From positions 49,228,001-49,292,000 of the forward strand of contig NC_043014.1 of the NCBI RefSeq assembly GCF_006345805.1: DNA of 64,000 nucleotides, written 5' to 3'. The stretch is from Octopus sinensis. Taxonomy: Eukaryota. How positions within the stretch are numbered: position 1 is the first letter of the stretch; each line of letters starts with the position of its first letter. A program made the translations under genes and the position numbers. Positions 49,386-62,877 of this stretch are shown here, piece by piece. Below the pieces are notes generated by a model. The model saw only the letters and a program-made list of their open reading frames with translations, was not told the DNA's origin and did no database searches.

Positions 49386-50772
49386 TACAGTTACCATACT
49401 TTGCCTCTCGTCATTCTAGGCTTGTTAAAATAACGTACCTGTCATATACTGGGGCAGTCCAGTGTACCAATCACTCCTACTTCTCCTTAAATTAGCCTGC
49501 TTTGCGTCTAAATCAGAAACGATTATCATTTAAGGGCAACGAACTGGCAGAATTGTTAGCGTTGGGAAAAAATGCAATGTCTCCTCCGACTCATTATGTT
49601 GTGAGTTCAAATTCCGCAGGGTAATTTCTGCCTTTCATCCACCGAGGTCGACGTTACCTTTTTATCCTTTCGAGGTCGATAAATTAAGTACCAGTGAAAT
49701 ACTGGGGGTCGATGTAATCAACTAGTCCCCCCCCCCCCAAAAAAATTTCAGGCTTTGTGCCTATATTAGAAAGGATTATTATTATTATTATTGGGTGAGA
49801 GAGCAGTACATGCCATCAAAGCGACTTTGGCGTTAGGGTTGTATAAATATACAAAGCCCTATATATTTATCAAGACTGCTCATCTGATAAGGGTACACCA
49901 AGCACATACATCACAACCATATGTGTGTGACATGGTACGTGACATGAAGATAAACAACACATGGCATCATTATTATTATTAGCCTCGCCTGGCCCCTGTG
50001 CCGGTGGCACGTAAAAAGCACCATCCGACGGTGGCCTTTTGCCAGCCTCACCTGGCACCTGTGCTGGTGGCACGTAAAAAGCACCCACTACACTCTCGGA
50101 GTGGTTGGCGTTAGGAAGGGCATCCAGCTGTAGAAACACTGCCAGATAAGACTGGGCCTGGTGCAGCCTCCTGGCTTCCCAGACCCCGGTCGAACCCTCC
50201 AAACCATGCTAGCATGGAAAACGGGCGTTAAACGATGATGATGATCATCATCATTTTCGTTATTATTATTATTATTAATATTATTATTATTGAGTGAGAG
50301 AGCAGTGCATGCCATCAAAGTGACACTGGGGTAAAATATACGAAGCCCAATATACCCATCATGACTACCCGTCTGATAAAGGTACACCAGGCACATGCAT
50401 CACAACCATATGTGTGCGACATGGTGATCTCATATCAAGATAAACAGCACATGACAATGCAGGTGGGGCCCAGTTAGAATTTTCTTCAGGTTGAGTAGCC
50501 CATCCCGCTCAAAAGGTCCCTGAATAAGGGTTGTTTAAGGATGTTGAAAGAACCACCCATGTTTCCAGAGGTGAATTATTCAAACCCCAAAGAACCCCTC
50601 TCAACACATGTCTATGATGCTCCCCCACTACTTCTGCTCGTGATCAGAGATGCACATATCATCAGCCACTAAGGGACATGGTCAACTGGTTAAGGTCAAA
50701 CAACTGACAAGCAAATCTGTGGTATTGAGCAGAATATTTGCTGTAGCCCATCTTTTATACCAAGACAAAACA

Positions 50773-50815
<43 letters not shown>

Positions 50816-51149
50816 GCGGTGGCATGGCAGAAATATTAAGGAATATTTTTACCATTTAAGCATTTCTCAGGATCCATTTGAGGTAACTTGCAGCACAACC
50901 CAGGGATTTTGAGGTCAACACAATCAAAAACTTCCCAATATATTCACCAATATTCAAATTTTCAGTTTCTTTCTGTTCCTTTTTTGGCTTCTAGTTCAAT
51001 CCTCAGCTTGTCCTCATCTCTGCGGGATTTGATTCAGCATTTGGTGACATCAAGGTACTGTGTGCTAATGTCCTCTTCCTTTTACTCAATCCCTTCCTCA
51101 CTGTTCTGACAAGTAAGGTGAAGTCCCCTTTTTTTTGCAGAGGAAATAC

Positions 51150-51520
51150 TATGGATGATGATGATGATGATGACGATGATGGAAATGGTGGTGGTGGTGG
51201 TAGTAATGGCAGTAAAGGTGATGGTGATGTTAGTGATGACGATTGTGATGGTAGTGGTGGTGGTGATGGTAGCAATGATGTTGATATGATGATGGTGATG
51301 GTGATGGTGATGACGACGATGGAAATGGTGGTGGTGGTGGTGATGGTAGTATTAATGGCAGTAAGGGTGATGGTGATGTTAGTGGTGATGGTTGTGGTGG
51401 TGGTGATGGTGGTCTTGGTGATGATGATGATGATAGTGGTGGCAGTGGTGGTGGTGGTGTTGATGATGATGATGGTAATGGTGATGATGATAGTGTTAAT
51501 GATAACGATGTTAATGAATT
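51150..51520. repeat. (GAT/GGT)n cryptic tract with internal duplication
   Basis: Low-complexity ORFs on both strands. Confidence 0.85.
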
Positions 51521-51774
51521 AATGTCTAAAACACTACAATCTATCGGTGTTAGTCTCGTGTCTCTCAATCATCTTTGGAATTGGTTTTTACCGATATACA
51601 GAGAGGATGCTAATATGCTTGTGTTCTTCAGACATTCACTTCACAATCGCATAACATTTCATCTCGCTACAAGACACGTTTGCTAACTGTCTTTTTTCTA
51701 TAGCCTTCTGCTTACCAATATCTTGTCAGTGGAATTTAGTAGAGCAGAACCTATGTGGAAGTGTGTGTGTGTAA

Positions 51775-51996
51775 CCCTTTTGATATCAACCCGCCTGAAA
51801 CCACTTCTGGCTCTGTAAGACAAATGTCTTGTTTCCAAAAGTTCTGAATTAAAATCTGCCACCAAACCTTAATCACAATTTATGTTCCTAACACTAGCTG
51901 AATGATAACTAAGTTATTTTACTAAATTCTTTGTTATATTTAAAATTAATTGAAAGAAACACAGAGCATCTCAACAGAAATATGGTAACAAAAGGG
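51775..51996. mobile_element. piggyBac-type MITE, diverged
   Basis: Same internal sequence as 11642-11860; AAAGGG|TTAA end. Confidence 0.75.
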
Positions 51997-52132
51997 TTAA
52001 TAAAAACTGATAAATATGGGGTTAGTTTAGGAAATGTCTTTACACAGTAATATCTCAATTATTTATAACAAGAGAGAAATATGTTATATTAAATCTCTGA
52101 GCAAGAGAAAAACAATAACAGTACAGAATTGT

Positions 52133-52561
52133 AAAATATATTTGCCAACGAAATGTGGCGGTCCTTTAGAGGACAGTGCTACTGTTGTTTCTAGCACCAG
52201 GACGACATCCGTACTGTTACTGTTTATCTCTCGCTCAGAGATTCAGTATAATGTATCTCTCTCTTTTACAAGTTCAGCAACAGTGTGTCGCTAGGAAAAG
52301 GTTGTAGTATTATGTGTGTGGAATGAGTTCTTCATCACTAGCCAGAGATTAACACACACTGAAGATGGGTAACCACCCAGAAACCTGGGTCTGTGTGTAT
52401 CACGTAAGGCTAGAGATGGGAGTGATGATCTCCCTTGCAAATGTTAATTGGATATAGACTGTGTGTTGTTGGCCAGCTAGAAGAGATGTCTTCCTGGGGC
52501 TAAAAACAACAGTAGCACCGTCCTCAATAGGACCGCCACATTTAGTTGGCAAATATATTTT
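52133..52561. mobile_element. MITE with about 65-bp TIRs
   Basis: TATATTTGCCAACGAAATGTGGCGGTCC...CCAGG and CCTGG...GGACCGCCACATTTAGTTGGCAAATATA; TA-rich flanks; superfamily uncertain. Confidence 0.75.
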
Positions 52562-52820
52562 ATTTATAACAATTTGTCCAAAACATTTTATACAAATTAG
52601 AAGGGAAATGTATATTTAAAAATTTTTAATTCTAAGAAAAAATATTTCATATAATGCTAATGATTTAAATAAAATCTTATTTTCAAGCAGTGTATGAGCT
52701 GGTCTATATACATATATATTTTAATGGATAAGCTAGTATAGATGTTCTAATATATATATTTTTATGGATAAGTTAGTATATATGTTCTTTAAATGATACT
52801 GTTAATATATTGTGCTTTAA

Positions 52821-53038
52821 CCCTTTCATTACCACCCGGCCGAAACCGCCTCTGGCTCTGTAGTACAAATGTCTTGTTTTCTTAAGTTTTGAATTAAAAT
52901 TTTCCACCAAACTTTAGTCACAATTTACATCACTAACACTAGCTTAATGATAACTAAGTTATTTTTCTAAATTCTTTGTTATATCTAAAATAATTGAAAG
53001 AAACAAAGCATCTTAAAATAAATATGGTAATGAAAGGG
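52821..53038. mobile_element. piggyBac-type MITE
   Basis: TTAA|CCCTTTCATTACC...GGTAATGAAAGGG|TTAA. Confidence 0.85.
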
Positions 53039-53092
53039 TTAAAAGTAATTCTGTTAATATATTGTGCTTTAAACATGTATTTCTTTTTCTAG

Positions 53093-53182
53093 GGTCAAAT
53101 GAGTGTGTCCCCTATGGCTTATGCTCATTTTACTCATATGCTGTCTACCTTAGCCAATGGGAAAATTTGTACTATTCTCGAG
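53093..53182 (+). CDS. HDAC10: HDAC10-like coding exon 11
   Basis: GQMSVSPMAYAHFTHMLSTLANGKICTILE. Confidence 0.96.
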
Positions 53183-53286
53183 GTAAGTAACAGTGTTTCA
53201 TAGCCTTCCATCTCTTTCTCTCTCCCCACCTCTCTCACTCTCTCTGTGCCCCCTCTCTAAATACCAGTAATTATTCATTGTTTCAG

Positions 53287-53393
53287 GGTGGTTACTGTCT
53301 GAAATCTCTGGCCGAAGGTGTGGCCTATTCCATAAAGAGTCTTTTAGGTGACCCTTGCCCTGATTTGGGACCACTGGCGCCTCCTTCAGACAG
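53287..53393 (+). CDS. HDAC10: HDAC10-like coding exon 12
   Basis: GGYCLKSLAEGVAYSIKSLLGDPCPDLGPLAPPSD(S), with the catalytic Tyr of EGGY. Confidence 0.96.
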
Positions 53394-54071
53394 GTAAACT
53401 TTACTTCGAATATTCCTACTCTTCAAATCAGGTCATCATCGCCACCGCCATCGTCATCATCATCATCATCATTGTCAGACCTATGATCAAATGTATTTCA
53501 GCAGCAGCTATCAAATCCTTTATTCTGGTATAGTGTATCTAGGACTACGTCATTTAATGTAGCCTTCCTTGGACTACATTATCTAATCTTGATCTGGCAA
53601 AGTTTCTACAGCTGGATGCCCTTCCTAACACCAACCACTCCGTGAGTGTAGTGGGTGCTTTTACGTGCCACCTACACAGGAGCCAGTCAGCTGGTACTGG
53701 CAACGCCCACGCTCGAATGTTTTTTCCTGTGCTACCAGCACAAATGCCAGTAAGGCAACGCTGGTAACGATCATGCTATCTTAAACAAAAAGGGGTACAC
53801 TTATTGATGTAGTCCTTGTTACCCTATGTATATCATGACTGGAACACCTAAGGAGCCTTCAGATAACATAACCCTAGATACACAGTGTCTGGATGAATGT
53901 GAGGATGGTCACAGTTGGAGCACTTTGATCATAGATCTCCCAAATCACGACCGACCTGGGGCTAAAAACCACTGCAACATCAATAACTGCCGACTCAACA
54001 CATCATGCTAGAAATAGCAGCTGCAGTCTGTCTCAAACCACAGATGTTACCCTTACATTTTTCTGTTACAG

Positions 54072-54197
54072 TGTAGCTGAGAGTATCTTGAATGTCATCA
54101 AAGTACACCGGAACTATTGGTCCCGACTGCGGCACCAGAGTTATGGGCAACACCCTGATGAGTGTGCCTACCCTGATCTTTGGACTATGCCACCCAA
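54072..54197 (+). CDS. HDAC10: HDAC10-like coding exon 13
   Basis: VAESILNVIKVHRNYWSRLRHQSYGQHPDECAYPDLWTMPP(K); end of the first domain (H..YW). Confidence 0.9.
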
Positions 54198-54289
54198 GTA
54201 AGATTTAATTTCCATTTTATAATTTTTTTTTTTGATGTGGTAAGGGACATTTGTCCTGTTTTAGTCTGGTCTCTAATTTTTTTCTGTCA

Positions 54290-54870
54290 TCCACTCTTCT
54301 CTTCTCACCTCTCTCCCTCGACCCCTCCCTCTCTATCAACACCTCCTCTCTCTCTCTCAACTCTCCCTTTCTCCCACCTCCCTCTCTCTCTCTCAACCTT
54401 CCTCTCCCACCTTCCTCTGTCTCAACCCTCTCTCTCTCTCCCATCTTCCTCTGTCTCTCCCAACCCCCTTCCTTTCTCTCAATCCCTTCCCTCTGTCACT
54501 CTCAACCCTTCCAGCTCTCACCTCCCTTCCTTCCTCCCCTTGCACTTCCTTACCCTCTCACTTGCCTCCTCTCTCCCTTCCCTCATCACACACCTCACCC
54601 TCTCACACCTTCTTCCTCTCTCTCACATTTCTCTCTCTCTCTCACCTTTCTCTTCTCTCTCACCTGTCTCCTCCCTCTCACCTTCCTCCTCTCTCTCACC
54701 TTCCTCCTCCCTCCCACCTTCCTCCTCCCTCCCACCTTCCTCCTCCCTCTCACCTTCCTCCTCTCTCTCACCTTCCTCCTCCGCCTCACCTTCCTCCTCT
54801 CTCTCACCTTCCTCCTCTCTCTCACCGCTTTCCCCCCCGCTCATCTCCCCGCCTCTCTCTCTTTCACAAT
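54290..54870. repeat. About 580-bp polypyrimidine/polypurine tract with 18-bp subrepeats
   Basis: Mostly C/T (interrupted by A, almost no G) on the plus strand; CTCTCACCTTCCTCCTCC-type units. Confidence 0.9.
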
Positions 54871-54957
54871 TTGACAAAATTATCTCCCTTTGATAAAAAA
54901 CGAGAATGTCACATACCCTTATTATTGAAATTTAGTTAAAAAGAAAACAAGGATACA

Positions 54958-55152
54958 ACATACAAACACATACAGATACATACAAACACATACAGATACA
55001 TACAAACACATACAGATACATACAGACACATACAAACACATACAGATACATACAAACACATACAGATACATACAAACACATACAGATACATACAGACACA
55101 TACAAACACATACAGATACATACAAACACATACAGATACATACAGACACATA
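54958..55152. repeat. 10-bp minisatellite with three variants (TACAAACACA, TACAGATACA, TACAGACACA)
   Basis: About 19 units read directly. Confidence 0.9.
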
Positions 55153-55210
55153 CCAAATATATTGTAATGTGAAATACATTTTTTTTAAATATTATTTTTT
55201 TTACTTTCAG

Positions 55211-55357
55211 AGAAGGAATCATATTTTGTACAGAAGAGAACCAACCTGATGTTCATATTCTGACCAATGAGACACTTCCATTAGAAGAGGTGGAAATGTG
55301 TGACAAACAGCTGAATGAAATGATTCAGTCACAGCCCACAGACGTCCCCACTATAAG
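55211..55357 (+). CDS. HDAC10: HDAC10-like coding exon 14 (linker)
   Basis: Only open frame EGIIFCTEENQPDV...QPTDVPTI(R); phases match both neighbours. Confidence 0.85.
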
Positions 55358-58120
55358 GTAGGCAGGTTTATGAACTGGTCTTTACTCCTGGATGCTTTCT
55401 CACAAGACTAGAGATTTACTATAAGAAGGCGCATGGCTCTGTGGTTAGAACCTCGGGTTTACAGTCGTGAGATTGTGAGTTCGATGTCACGGACCATGGT
55501 TATGTTATCTGATGGGTCCTTAGGTGTTCCAGTCATGATACACATTGTGTATCAAGGACTACATCGATAAATGTGCCCTTCTTTATTTAAGATAGCATGA
55601 TCGTTACCAGTGTCGCCTTACTGGCACTTGTGCTGGTGGCACGTGAAAAAACATTCGAGTGAGGTCGTTGCCGCTGGACTGGCTCCTGTGCAGGTGGCAC
55701 ATAAAAACACCATTTGTGCATGGCCATTGCCAGTGCCGCCTGACTGGCCCACGTGTTGGTCGCACTTCATTTCACATTGCTCCAGTTTACTAGAGTTGTA
55801 GAAATGATTTACATCGTCACTGGTGCCAAGCTGTATCGGCCCCTTTGTCTTTCCCTTGGATGATATAGGTGGCGTGGAGAAGGGAGGCCGGTATGCATGG
55901 GCGACTACTGGTCTTCCATAAGCAGCCATGCCTGGACTTGTGCCTCGGAGGGGAACTTTCTGTGTGTAATCCCATGGTCATTCATTACTCTTTTACTATA
56001 TAGTTACTACAGAACTACTACTACTACTACTACTGCTGCTGCTGCTACTGCTACTACTGCTACTATTGCTGCTGCTGTTACAACAATATCTCCCATCACC
56101 ATATCCAAAATCACTACCACCACTGTCACCATGACAACCATCATCTTCATCATCAACACCGTCAACACCAACACAACTACCATCAGCATCAACATCACCA
56201 CCACCACAAGTCACACACACACATGCACATGCATATATAATCTTTTGAATGGGGAACCTTGAAGCAGATAGAGGTATAAATAATAGTCTGTAATTATTGG
56301 GTTAAAAAAATCCTTTTTGGGAGAAAAAAGTTGAAGGTTGCTCATGGGAGTTGAACCCACACCTTCTGTAAACATGATTGGTATTCTACCACTGGACCAA
56401 ACCAATCCTTTGAATTTCTCTATCTTATGACATCGACAATATGTGTGTGTTAAGGTGGCGAGCTGGCAGAAACGTTAGCACACCGGGCAAAATGCTTAGC
56501 AGTATTTCGTGTGTCTTTATGGCCTGAGTTCAAATTCTGCTGAGGTCGACTTTGCCTTTCATCCTTTCGGGGTCAATAAATTAAGTACCAGTTGTGGACT
56601 GGGGTTGATCTAATTGACTGACCCCATCATCATCATCATCATCATCATCATCGTCGTCGTTTAACGTCCGCTTTCCATGCTAGCATGGGTTGGATGATTT
56701 GACTGAGGTCTGGCGAACCAGACTCCAATCTGATCTGACAGAGTTTCTACAGCTGGATGCCCTTCCTAATGCCAACCACTCCGAGAGTGGCCCCCTCCCC
56801 CAAAATTTCGGGCCTTGTGCCTAGGGTAGAAAAGAATATGTTTTTGTGTGTGTGTGTGTATGCACATGTGCATGTGTGTTGGTGTTTATGCGGCGATCTG
56901 GCAGAAACGTTAGCACGTCGGGCGAAATGCTTTGCAGTATTTCGTCTGTTGCTACGTTCTGAGTTCAAATTCCGCCGAGGTCGACTTTGCCTTTCATCCT
57001 TTCAGGGTCGATTAAATAAGTACCAGTTACGCTCTGGGGTCGATATAATCGACTTAATCCGTTTGTCTGTCCTTGTTTGTCCTCTCTGTGTTTGGCCCCT
57101 TGTGGGTAGTAAAGAAACAGTTTATGCTTGTTGCCACTCCATTATCATCATCATTTAATGTCCATTTTCCATGCTGGCATGGGTTGGACAGTTTGACTGA
57201 AGCTGGTAAGACCAGGGGCCACATCAGACTCCATTTTCTGTTGCAGCATGGTTTCTACGGCTGGATGCCCTTCCTCATGCCAACTACTCTCACAGAGTGA
57301 ACAGGATGCTTTTCATATGGTACCATCACCTACACCAATTCTGCTGTGGCAGACGAGTCTTCTTGACTTCTTCCACTGCTTGGCAAATGCTGGTTTGTTT
57401 GCATCCTCATGACTTAGCAGTTTGGTAAAAAAGACTGATAGAATAAGTGCTAGACTCATAAAAAATAAATACTGGAGTTGGCTCGTTTGACTTAAAGCAT
57501 TTCAAAATGGTGCTCCAGCATGGCCTTGCTCCAATGACTGAAACAAATTAAAAGACATTTACCAGTTCTTGTGACAAATCTTCAAACTCTTATCAGACTA
57601 GAATCTCTTTTTTTAATTTTATTTTTGTTTCTTTTTTTTTAAACATTTATTTAAGGAGTGGCTGTGTGGTAAGTAGCTTGTTTACCAACCCCATGGTTCC
57701 GGGTTCAGTCCCTTCTACTATAGCCTCAGGCCGACCAAAGCCTTGTGAGTGGATTTGGTAGATGGAAACTGAAAGAAGCCCGTCGTATATATGTATATAT
57801 ATATATATATATGCGTGTGTGTGTCTGTGTTTGTCCCCCTAGCATTGCTTGACAACAACCGATGTTGGTGTGTTTATGTCCCCGTTACTTAGCAGTTCGG
57901 CAAAAAAGACCAATAGAATAAGTACTGGGCTTATAAAAGAATAAGTCCCGGGGTCGAGTTGCTCGATTAAAGGCGGTGCCCCAGCATGGCTGCACGCAAA
58001 ATGACTGAAACAAACAAGTAAAAGAGTTAAAGAGTAAAGAGTATATATTTATTTATTTATTTATTCTTTTCCTTAAAATTTGTTTAATTAAATCTTTTTG
58101 TTAACGAATCTATTTTACAG

Positions 58121-58174
58121 AACTGCTGTTTGCTTTGATCCCAGCATGGAAACATTCAAAGACCTTTCTCACGA
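58121..58174 (+). CDS. HDAC10: HDAC10-like coding exon 15
   Basis: (R)TAVCFDPSMETFKDLSH(E); compare human HDAC10 PSVRTAV at the start of the second domain. Confidence 0.85.
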
Positions 58175-58278
58175 GTAAGTTTCCCCCTTTTCTTCTTCTG
58201 ATCGACATTTTTCATTACCACCACCACTGCCAATACTGTCACTGTCAGCAGCAGTAGCAGTGGCAGTATTAGTAGGAG

Positions 58279-58527
58279 ACTGAGGTTTGGCGAACCAGCG
58301 GTGAGCTGGCAGAAATGTTAGCACGCCGAGCGAAATGCTTTGCGGTATTTCGTCTGCCGCTGCGTTCTGAGTTCAAATTCCACCGGGGTTGACTTTGCCT
58401 TTCATCCTTTTGGGGTCGATTAAATAAGTACTAGTTACGTACTGGGGTCGATATAATCGACTTAATCCATTTGTTTGTCCCTGTTTGTCCCCTCTATGTT
58501 TGGCCCCTTGTGGGCTATAAAGAAATA
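58279..58527 (+). mobile_element. SINE family B with 14-bp TSD and 20 extra 5' nucleotides
   Basis: AGTATTAGTAGGAG at 58265-58278 and 58528-58541. Confidence 0.85.
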
Positions 58528-59269
58528 AGTATTAGTAGGAGTAGTTGTTGTTTGTTACTGTTGCTGTCTTCTTCTTCTTTTTCTTCTTCTTCTTCTTCTT
58601 CTTCTTCTTCTTCTTCTTCTTCCAATCAGGACTCACGCCATTAGCCACAAAGAATAATCTCTAATTCGAGCCTACTCTAAGCTACTAAGAATGCGTGTGG
58701 CAACTTAAAGATCCACCCACCACACGCAATAGACTGGTGGTTTGCACAGACGCGAAAGCTACGTTGTTATCCTCATTCCGTAAACGGTGGCTTTTAACGG
58801 GTGGAGAGCTGAACCATCCTGGGATACAGAGGATTCGCAATCTAGACTAGGGTCTGAAAGTTTACCACACCATAGTGGGGTTACACCATGGTTCCTCTGC
58901 TTTGTAGCTGAAGTAGGAAGAAAGAGTGAAAGAGTTGTGGTGAAAGAGTACAGCAGGGTTCATCACCCCTCCCTGCCGGAGCTTTGTGGAGCTTAGGTGT
59001 TTTGCTCAATAAACACTCACAATGCCCGGTCTGGGAATTGAAACCGCGTTCTTACGACTGCAAGTCTGCTGCCCTAACCACTGGGCCATTGCGCTTCCAC
59101 TGACACGGATAGAGGTGAAAGAGCACAGCTGGGTTCACCACCACCCCTAGCCAGAGCCTCGTAGAGCTTAGGTGTTTTTGCTCGATAAACACTCACAATG
59201 CCCAGTCTGGGAATCGAAACTGCGATCCTACGACCGCGAGTCCGCTGCCCTAACCACTGGGTCATTTGC

Positions 59270-60033
59270 GCCTCCACTGTTGTTGTTGCTGGTGTTGTTG
59301 TGTTTGTGGTTGTTGCTACTGCTGTTGTTGAATTAGCAGTAGTAGTAGTAGTAGTAGTAATAGTAGTAGTGGTAGTAGTGGTAGTAGTGGTAGTAGTGGT
59401 GGTGGTGGTTGTTGTCTTTTAATCTGGAGTGTTTTCCATTTTCGCCAGCCTTTGTCTGTTCACATAATTGCCGGAAAGAGAAGCTAAACATGTGGTGCCT
59501 TCGGGCATGTCTTGACCAGTTGACCACCACCTCCAACCACCACCACCACCACCACCTCCACCAAAACCCCACCAGTGACTACATGACCACCATCAATGAC
59601 ACCACTAACAACAACAACAACGATAACCACAACAAAACTCCACCACCACATAATGATAATAACAATAATAATAATAAATAATGATAATAATAGTAATAAT
59701 AATAATAAAAATAATAATAATAATATAATAAATAATAATAATAGTAATAATAATAATAATAAATAATAATAATTAATAATAATAATAAATAATAATAATA
59801 GTAATAATAATAATAATAATAAATAATAATAATAATAATAAATAATAGTAATAGTAATAATAATAATAATAATTAATAATAATAATAAATAATAATAGTA
59901 ATAGTAATAATAAATAATAATAATAATAATAATAAATAATAATAATTAATAATAATAATAATGATAATAATAGTAATAGTAATAATAATAATAATAAATA
60001 ATAATAATTAATAATAATAATAAATAATGATGA

Positions 60034-60067
<34 letters not shown>

Positions 60068-60670
60068 GGTGATGATGATGATGATGATGATGATGGTGGT
60101 GGTGATGATGATGATGTCCACTTCCTCAATCAATCTGCACAGCTGCATTGTCTTTTTGTTTGATATTTATTTGTTTTGTTGTGTTTGTTTTATGCCAGTT
60201 GTTGTTTTTATTGCAGCTGTGTTCATTGATGCTAGCAGTGGCAGCAGTGGTGGTGGTGGTGGTAGTGGTGGTGGTGGTGATGATGGCATAGAGATGATGA
60301 TGGTTTGTCAGTGATATTCTACTGGGGGGTGCTGACAATGATGATGAAGATGATGGTGATTGTGGTTGGTGGTGGTAGTGGTGGTGATGATGATGATGGC
60401 GATGACAATGATGATTGTGGTTGGTGGTGGTGGTGGTGAGGATAATGATGATGATGGTGATGATGATGATGATAGTGATGAAAATGATGGTGATGGCGAT
60501 GATTGTGGTTGGTGGTGGTAGTGGTGGTGATGATGATGAGGAAGATGATGGTGATGACAATGATGATGATTGTGGTTGGTGGTGGTAGTGGTGATGATGA
60601 TGATGATGATGATGGTGATGACAATGATTGTGGTTGGTGGTGGTAGTGATGGTGATGGTGATAATGGTCG
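59270..60670. repeat. 1.4-kb patchwork of trinucleotide tracts (GTT, AGT, ACC, AAC, AAT, GAT, GGT)
   Basis: Includes about 370 bp of interrupted (AAT)n and about 5 higher-order units containing ATTGTGGTTGGTGGTGGT. Confidence 0.9.
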
Positions 60671-61181
60671 GCTTTGTGGCCAGGAAGCAGTGCAACTGTT
60701 AATGTAACACTGAGATTGCATCCTCATTACTGCTTCCGATGGTTTCTTCGTAAACACACACTCTCACGCACACACACACACACACACATGCATGTGTGTG
60801 CATGTGTCTTAAACATGTCTTAAACCTTTGACCTCGGTTCCTGTCTTGTGAAGCACCATCATACTTAACCATTCTTATTGTAATACTTCAAGAATTCTTT
60901 CTAATATGGGTACAAGGCCAGCACTTTTGAAGTGGGTCGGTGGGTGGGTGGTGGATCGGTTGACACTTCTGACCCCAAAATTTCGCTGCTACTGTTTTTT
61001 ATTGACCCAGAAAGGATAAAAAGCAAAGTCACTCCTGGTGGGATTTGAACTCAGAATTTAAAGAAATGGAACAAATATCACAAACCCTTTTGTCCGATGC
61101 TCTAACAATTCTGCCAATCCATATGCATATACATATATATGCATACATATACATACGTACATATATATGTATGCATGTATG

Positions 61182-61265
<84 letters not shown>

Positions 61266-61915
61266 TACACATACATATATATATATATATCTATATATAT
61301 ATGAGAACTATAGGAGAACTACGGTTTACCAACCGAACCACCTGCTATCGTACAACCTTACAAAAGACTGTACTTACCCAGGTAATAACCAGGAGCGACT
61401 TTAATTATCCCTTAGAGGTATTAAAGCCCTCTAGCTGATACCTACACTATATATATATATATTGTAGGTACGGGGCTCTGAAAGGGGTTTCAGAGAGTAG
61501 TGTCCTGCCTTCCTAAACTAGTTTTCCACCACATTTCTTTAAAATCGTGGTAGAAGCCTTGGTCTCGGGACCACTCATGTCTCTAGAAACTGAGGTTAGG
61601 GGTAAGCAAGGGCATGCTCCCCATAGAAAATCCAGTTCCAATAAAGCCTCATGATAGCAAGGGAGAATGGGCACCAGCCAGCCAGCCAGCCAGCCCAAAG
61701 GTTGGGGTGGGCTGCACCTGCCTGCCTCAGTTGCTATGGCATTGAGGTAGATCCATAGATTCAGCCAGCCCTGTTAACAGGGACAAAACCTGTATTTAAA
61801 ACATTGGATGATGATGATGATGAGGATGATAGTGATATATATATATACCACACCATTTACACACACTCCAGACACATACACACATATAATCTCATGTTTT
61901 TTTTTTTCATTCCAG

Positions 61916-61970
61916 ATTGCAAGGTTTCTCCCGATTCCAAAAGTTATTGCCACGGTTACATGTAATTGAG
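61916..61970 (+). CDS. HDAC10: HDAC10-like coding exon 16
   Basis: Poly-T then TCCAG acceptor, GTAATG donor; [18 protein letters not shown]; the only candidate found with the required phase. Confidence 0.7.
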
Positions 61971-62019
61971 GTAATGTTGATTCTTCTGTCTGTCTGTGTA
62001 CACATACACACACACACAC

Positions 62020-62104
<85 letters not shown>

Positions 62105-62449
62105 TGTATGTATATATATATATATGTGTGTATGTGTGTGTGTGTGTACATATATATGCATGTGTATTTTTATATATATATTAATAGTAATATTATGACA
62201 ACAAAAGAATGAATGAAACCTCAATATTATGTAAATAGAGGAATTTATCTGTAAATATAATATGTGACAATTATTCAGTTGCCATAATAAACCTATGAGT
62301 TTCAGATGTCAGGGTGGAGCAGAGCAGATTTTTGCCCTGAGATCCGAAACTCAGAGGTTTATTATGGCAACCGAATAATTGTCACATATTATATTACAGA
62401 TTATATTATATTATATATTTATTTATTTATTGAGCCTTGTCAGTGCAAC

Positions 62450-62842
62450 AAGCTGGCCTCCGTGCCGGTAGCATGTAAAAAGCACCATTCAAGCGTGATT
62501 GTTACCAGCGGCGCCCTACTGACACTTGTGCTGGTGACACATTAGAAAACATTCAAGTGTAGTCATTGCCAGTGCCGCTGGACTGATTCCTGTGCAGGTA
62601 GCACATAAAAAGTAGCATTTGAGCATAGCCATTGCCAGTACTGCCTGACTGGTCCTCGTGCCGGTAGCACGTAAAAGCACCCACTACACTCTCAGTGGTT
62701 GGCGTTAGGAAGGGCATCCAGCTGTAGAAACTCTGCCAGATCAGATTGGAGTTTGGTGCAGCCATCTGGTTTGCAATTCCTCAGTCAAATCGTCCAACCC
62801 ATGCTAGCATGGAAAGCGGACGTTAAACGATGATGATGATGA

Positions 62843-62845
<3 letters not shown>
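62450..62845 (+). mobile_element. RTE LINE 3' UTR fragment
   Basis: Internal GGCAC-TAAAAAGCAC repeats and a (GAT)n tail. Confidence 0.8.

Positions 62846-62877
<32 letters not shown>

Noticed and set aside
50880-51110. Possible LINE ORF2 linker relic on the minus strand
   Set aside because: Multiple stops and only vague similarity; cannot be supported without a search.
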